This document shows positions 1-3,480 of a DNA stretch of 3,480 nt, in pieces. The notes below the pieces were generated by a model. That model made no database searches. It was not told the origin of the DNA and saw only the letters and a list, made by a program, of their open reading frames with translations. Source of the stretch: Escherichia coli (GTDB lineage: Bacteria > Pseudomonadota > Gammaproteobacteria > Enterobacterales > Enterobacteriaceae); assembly GCF_003334255.1 (NCBI RefSeq), contig NZ_QOWU01000120.1. One strand, written 5' to 3'. How positions within the stretch are numbered: the first letter of the stretch is position 1; each line of letters begins with the position of its first letter. A program made the translations under genes and the position numbers.

Positions 1-1783
<1,783 letters not shown>

Positions 1784-2346
1784 CAAGGGCGGAGTAAGTA
1801 ATTATGAGGGGACCCTCAAGCGTAATTTCTCTGGTGGAGAATTAGTAAGTCTACCTCAAGTCATAAATCTTTCAGGTACACTAAGGAATGAGGAGGTTCT
1901 TGATTTGATTTGTTGCTTCAATAAGTTAACTAAAAAACAGGCATGGGCAGAGCTTAATCATAAATGGAATGATAATTTTTTTATTCGCTATGATAAAATA
2001 AGTCGTAAAAGGACTTACACGGTAAGTTATGGGGAGAAGCGTTGGCTTATCATATCTTTGATGCTAACGCTTTGCAAAAATGCCCGTTTATTTTTACTGG
2101 ATGAACCAACTGTAGGCATTGATATTCAGTACAGAATGATGTTATGGGAACTGATAAATAAGATCACCGCAGACGGGAAAACGGTATTTTTCTCAACTCA
2201 TATTTTTGATGAACTAACAAGAGATAAAATCCCCTTCTATATGCTTTCAAAAAATGGTATAAATCGTTATTCTGATATGAGTGATTTTATTCAATCTAAT
2301 AATGAAACAACTCCAGAAAAGGCATTTGTTAAAGAAGTTATGGGAA

Positions 2347-2352
2347 CAGGGG
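2347..2352 (+). promoter_or_regulatory. Shine-Dalgarno-like AGGGGA for the mcbG-like gene
   Basis: AGGGGA lies 8 nt upstream of ATG 2361. The upstream ORF stop (TGA 2355-2357) is 3 nt before the ATG, an arrangement compatible with translational coupling. Confidence 0.5.
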
Positions 2353-2360
2353 ACTGAGAC

Positions 2361-2924
2361 ATGGATATAACAGAAAAAAGAATCACACAACGACACCTCA
2401 ATGAAGGTGAATTATCAGGTGTAAATTATTATAATTGTATATTTGAACGAATACAGCTTGACAATTTTAAGTTTCGCGATTGTGAGTTCGAAAAATGTCG
2501 CTTCGTAAACTGCTCAATAAAGAATTTAAAACTTAACTTTTTTAAACTTATTGACTGTGAATTCAAAGATTGTTTGTTACAAGGAGTTAATGCAGCAGAC
2601 ATTATGTTTCCTTGTACTTTTTCTCTTGTAAGTTGTGATTTGAGATTTGTTGATTTTATTGGTTTAAGGTTACAGAAATCTATTTTTTTATCCAGTCACT
2701 TCCGTGATTGTTTATTTGAGGAAACAGACCTTCGTAAATCTGATTTTACAGGTTCAGCGTTTAATAATACAGAGTTCAGACATTCTGATTTGTCTCACTG
2801 TGATTTTTCAATGACAGAAGGCCTCGATATAAATCCTGAGATAAACAGGATCTTATCTATAAAGATACCACAGGAAGCAGGTTTAAAAATACTTAAACGA
2901 ATGGGAGTGGTTGTAGGGGGATGA
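2361..2924 (+). CDS. mcbG: Pentapeptide-repeat protein, McbG-like (microcin B17 immunity / DNA gyrase protection, Qnr-related fold)
   Basis: 187-aa ORF with ATG start and RBS. It shows a clear 5-residue periodicity with F/L/I at the central position (NCIFE RIQLD NFKFR DCEFE KCRFV NCSIK NLKLN ...) over more than 25 consecutive pentads. The 187-aa length and the position right after an ABC ATPase match what I recall of McbG. Confidence 0.85.
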   Translation: MDITEKRITQRHLNEGELSGVNYYNCIFERIQLDNFKFRDCEFEKCRFVNCSIKNLKLNFFKLIDCEFKDCLLQGVNAADIMFPCTFSLVSCDLRFVDFIGLRLQKSIFLSSHFRDCLFEETDLRKSDFTGSAFNNTEFRHSDLSHCDFSMTEGLDINPEINRILSIKIPQEAGLKILKRMGVVVGG

Positions 2925-2925
2925 G

Positions 2926-3183
2926 GTGAGTAGACCCGCCGGTTACCCGGACGGGCCCTTCCTCAGAACCGGACTTGCTGTCCGCCATCCAACGACAGAG
3001 AGTGCGGCAGTGATGTACAGCCTGATCGGTAGCTGCAAACTTAACGGAATCGAGCCGGAAACGTGGCTACGCCACGTGATCAGTGTAATCAACACCTGGC
3101 CTGCCAACTGCGTGAAAGAGTTGTTGCTCTGTAAGGGGTCGGTTTGGGAAACGGAATTATTGTACGTTAGGAGTATTTTTTAA
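2926..3183 (+). pseudogene. IS66-family transposase (TnpC-like) C-terminal fragment
   Basis: Translation AAVMYSLIGSCKLNGIEPETWLRHVISVI...KELL matches the conserved IS66-family C-terminal motif (MYSLIxTxKLNGxxPxxYLRxVLxRI...ELLP). There is no upstream catalytic domain. GC content jumps immediately after the mcbG stop. No recognisable IS66-type terminal repeat (GTAAGCG.../...CGCTTAC) was found downstream. Confidence 0.55.
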
Positions 3184-3209
3184 CCGATACTGATAAGTAA
3201 CTGCTTGAT

Positions 3210-3279
3210 TTATCGTGATCAGCTATCGCCTTTAAGTTATTGCTTTTCTCTTATCGCATTTAGGTTATCTCATTTCCCT
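3210..3279. repeat. Imperfect tandem direct repeats of about 28 bp (two full copies at 3224-3251 and 3252-3279, plus a partial TTATCG-containing copy at 3210-3223)
   Basis: TATCGCCTTTAAGTTATTGCTTTTCTC compared with TATCGCATTTAGGTTATCTCATTTCCC gives about 21/27 identity, with a 15/17 core, and the copies are directly adjacent. Confidence 0.5.
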
Positions 3280-3344
3280 AAAGGTCTGCCAAAGACCGTA
3301 TAGCGTTGGAGTACACCCAACCGCGATAACGCAACCGTACAATA

Positions 3345-3374
3345 TTGTTCGTTTCCCAAACGCAGCCCTATAAT
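3345..3374 (+). promoter_or_regulatory. Candidate sigma70 promoter: TTGTTC (-35, 3345-3350), 18-bp spacer, TATAAT (-10, 3369-3374)
   Basis: Perfect consensus -10 hexamer with a partial -35 at acceptable spacing. The first downstream ATG is at 3403 and the frame stays open to the window end, but its Shine-Dalgarno spacing is poor. Confidence 0.35.
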
Positions 3375-3480
3375 TCCGGCAAGTGTCATCTGTATTTAAA
3401 GGATGAACCGCCCCGGGTTTCCTGGAGAGTGTTTTATCTGTGAACTCAGGCTGCCAGATCATCGTTTCCGATGGAAGCAT

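Noticed and set aside
1791-1845. ATG at 1804 with a well-spaced GGAG ribosome-binding site
   Set aside because: It opens only a 13-codon ORF (MRGPSSVISLVEN) out of frame with the McbF-like ORF. Probably coincidental, though a tiny peptide cannot be formally excluded.
2929-2954. GC-rich imperfect hairpin immediately after the mcbG stop, as a possible rho-independent terminator
   Set aside because: There is no U-tract following the stem and it lies inside IS66-derived coding sequence, so terminator function is unsupported.
3265-3480. 71-aa minus-strand ORF at the window edge
   Set aside because: No recognisable domain, and it overlaps the repeat and promoter region, which reads more like non-coding regulatory DNA. 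It cannot be excluded without a database search, so it is not called as a CDS.

Overview
This window reads as a mosaic of insertion sequences around a small AT-rich island, which I interpret as the 3' remnant of a microcin B17-type operon. All calls are from reading the sequence and from recalled family features; no database search was run. Left to right: (1) 1-77 is the right end of an IS30-like element, with the last 22 codons of its transposase and the terminal inverted repeat. (2) 78-421, minus strand, is the left end and orfA of an IS3-family (IS911-like) element, cut by the IS30 end 6 nt after its A AAA AAG frameshift heptamer. (3) 422 to about 1783 is an IS91-family rolling-circle element whose transposase has lost its first codons to the IS3 insertion and carries a frameshift near 1343-1346. 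(4) About 1719-2924 is AT-rich (roughly 33% GC by eye) and holds a 5'-truncated ABC ATPase with no Walker A (McbF-like) followed 4 bp later by an intact 187-aa pentapeptide-repeat protein (McbG-like gyrase-protection/immunity protein). (5) 2926-3183 is a C-terminal fragment of an IS66-family transposase, starting one base after the mcbG stop codon. (6) 3184-3480 is apparently non-coding, with about 28-bp imperfect tandem repeats and a good sigma70-like promoter reading toward the window end. The most interesting item is the apparently intact, IS-bracketed mcbG-like gene separated from the microcin biosynthesis genes.
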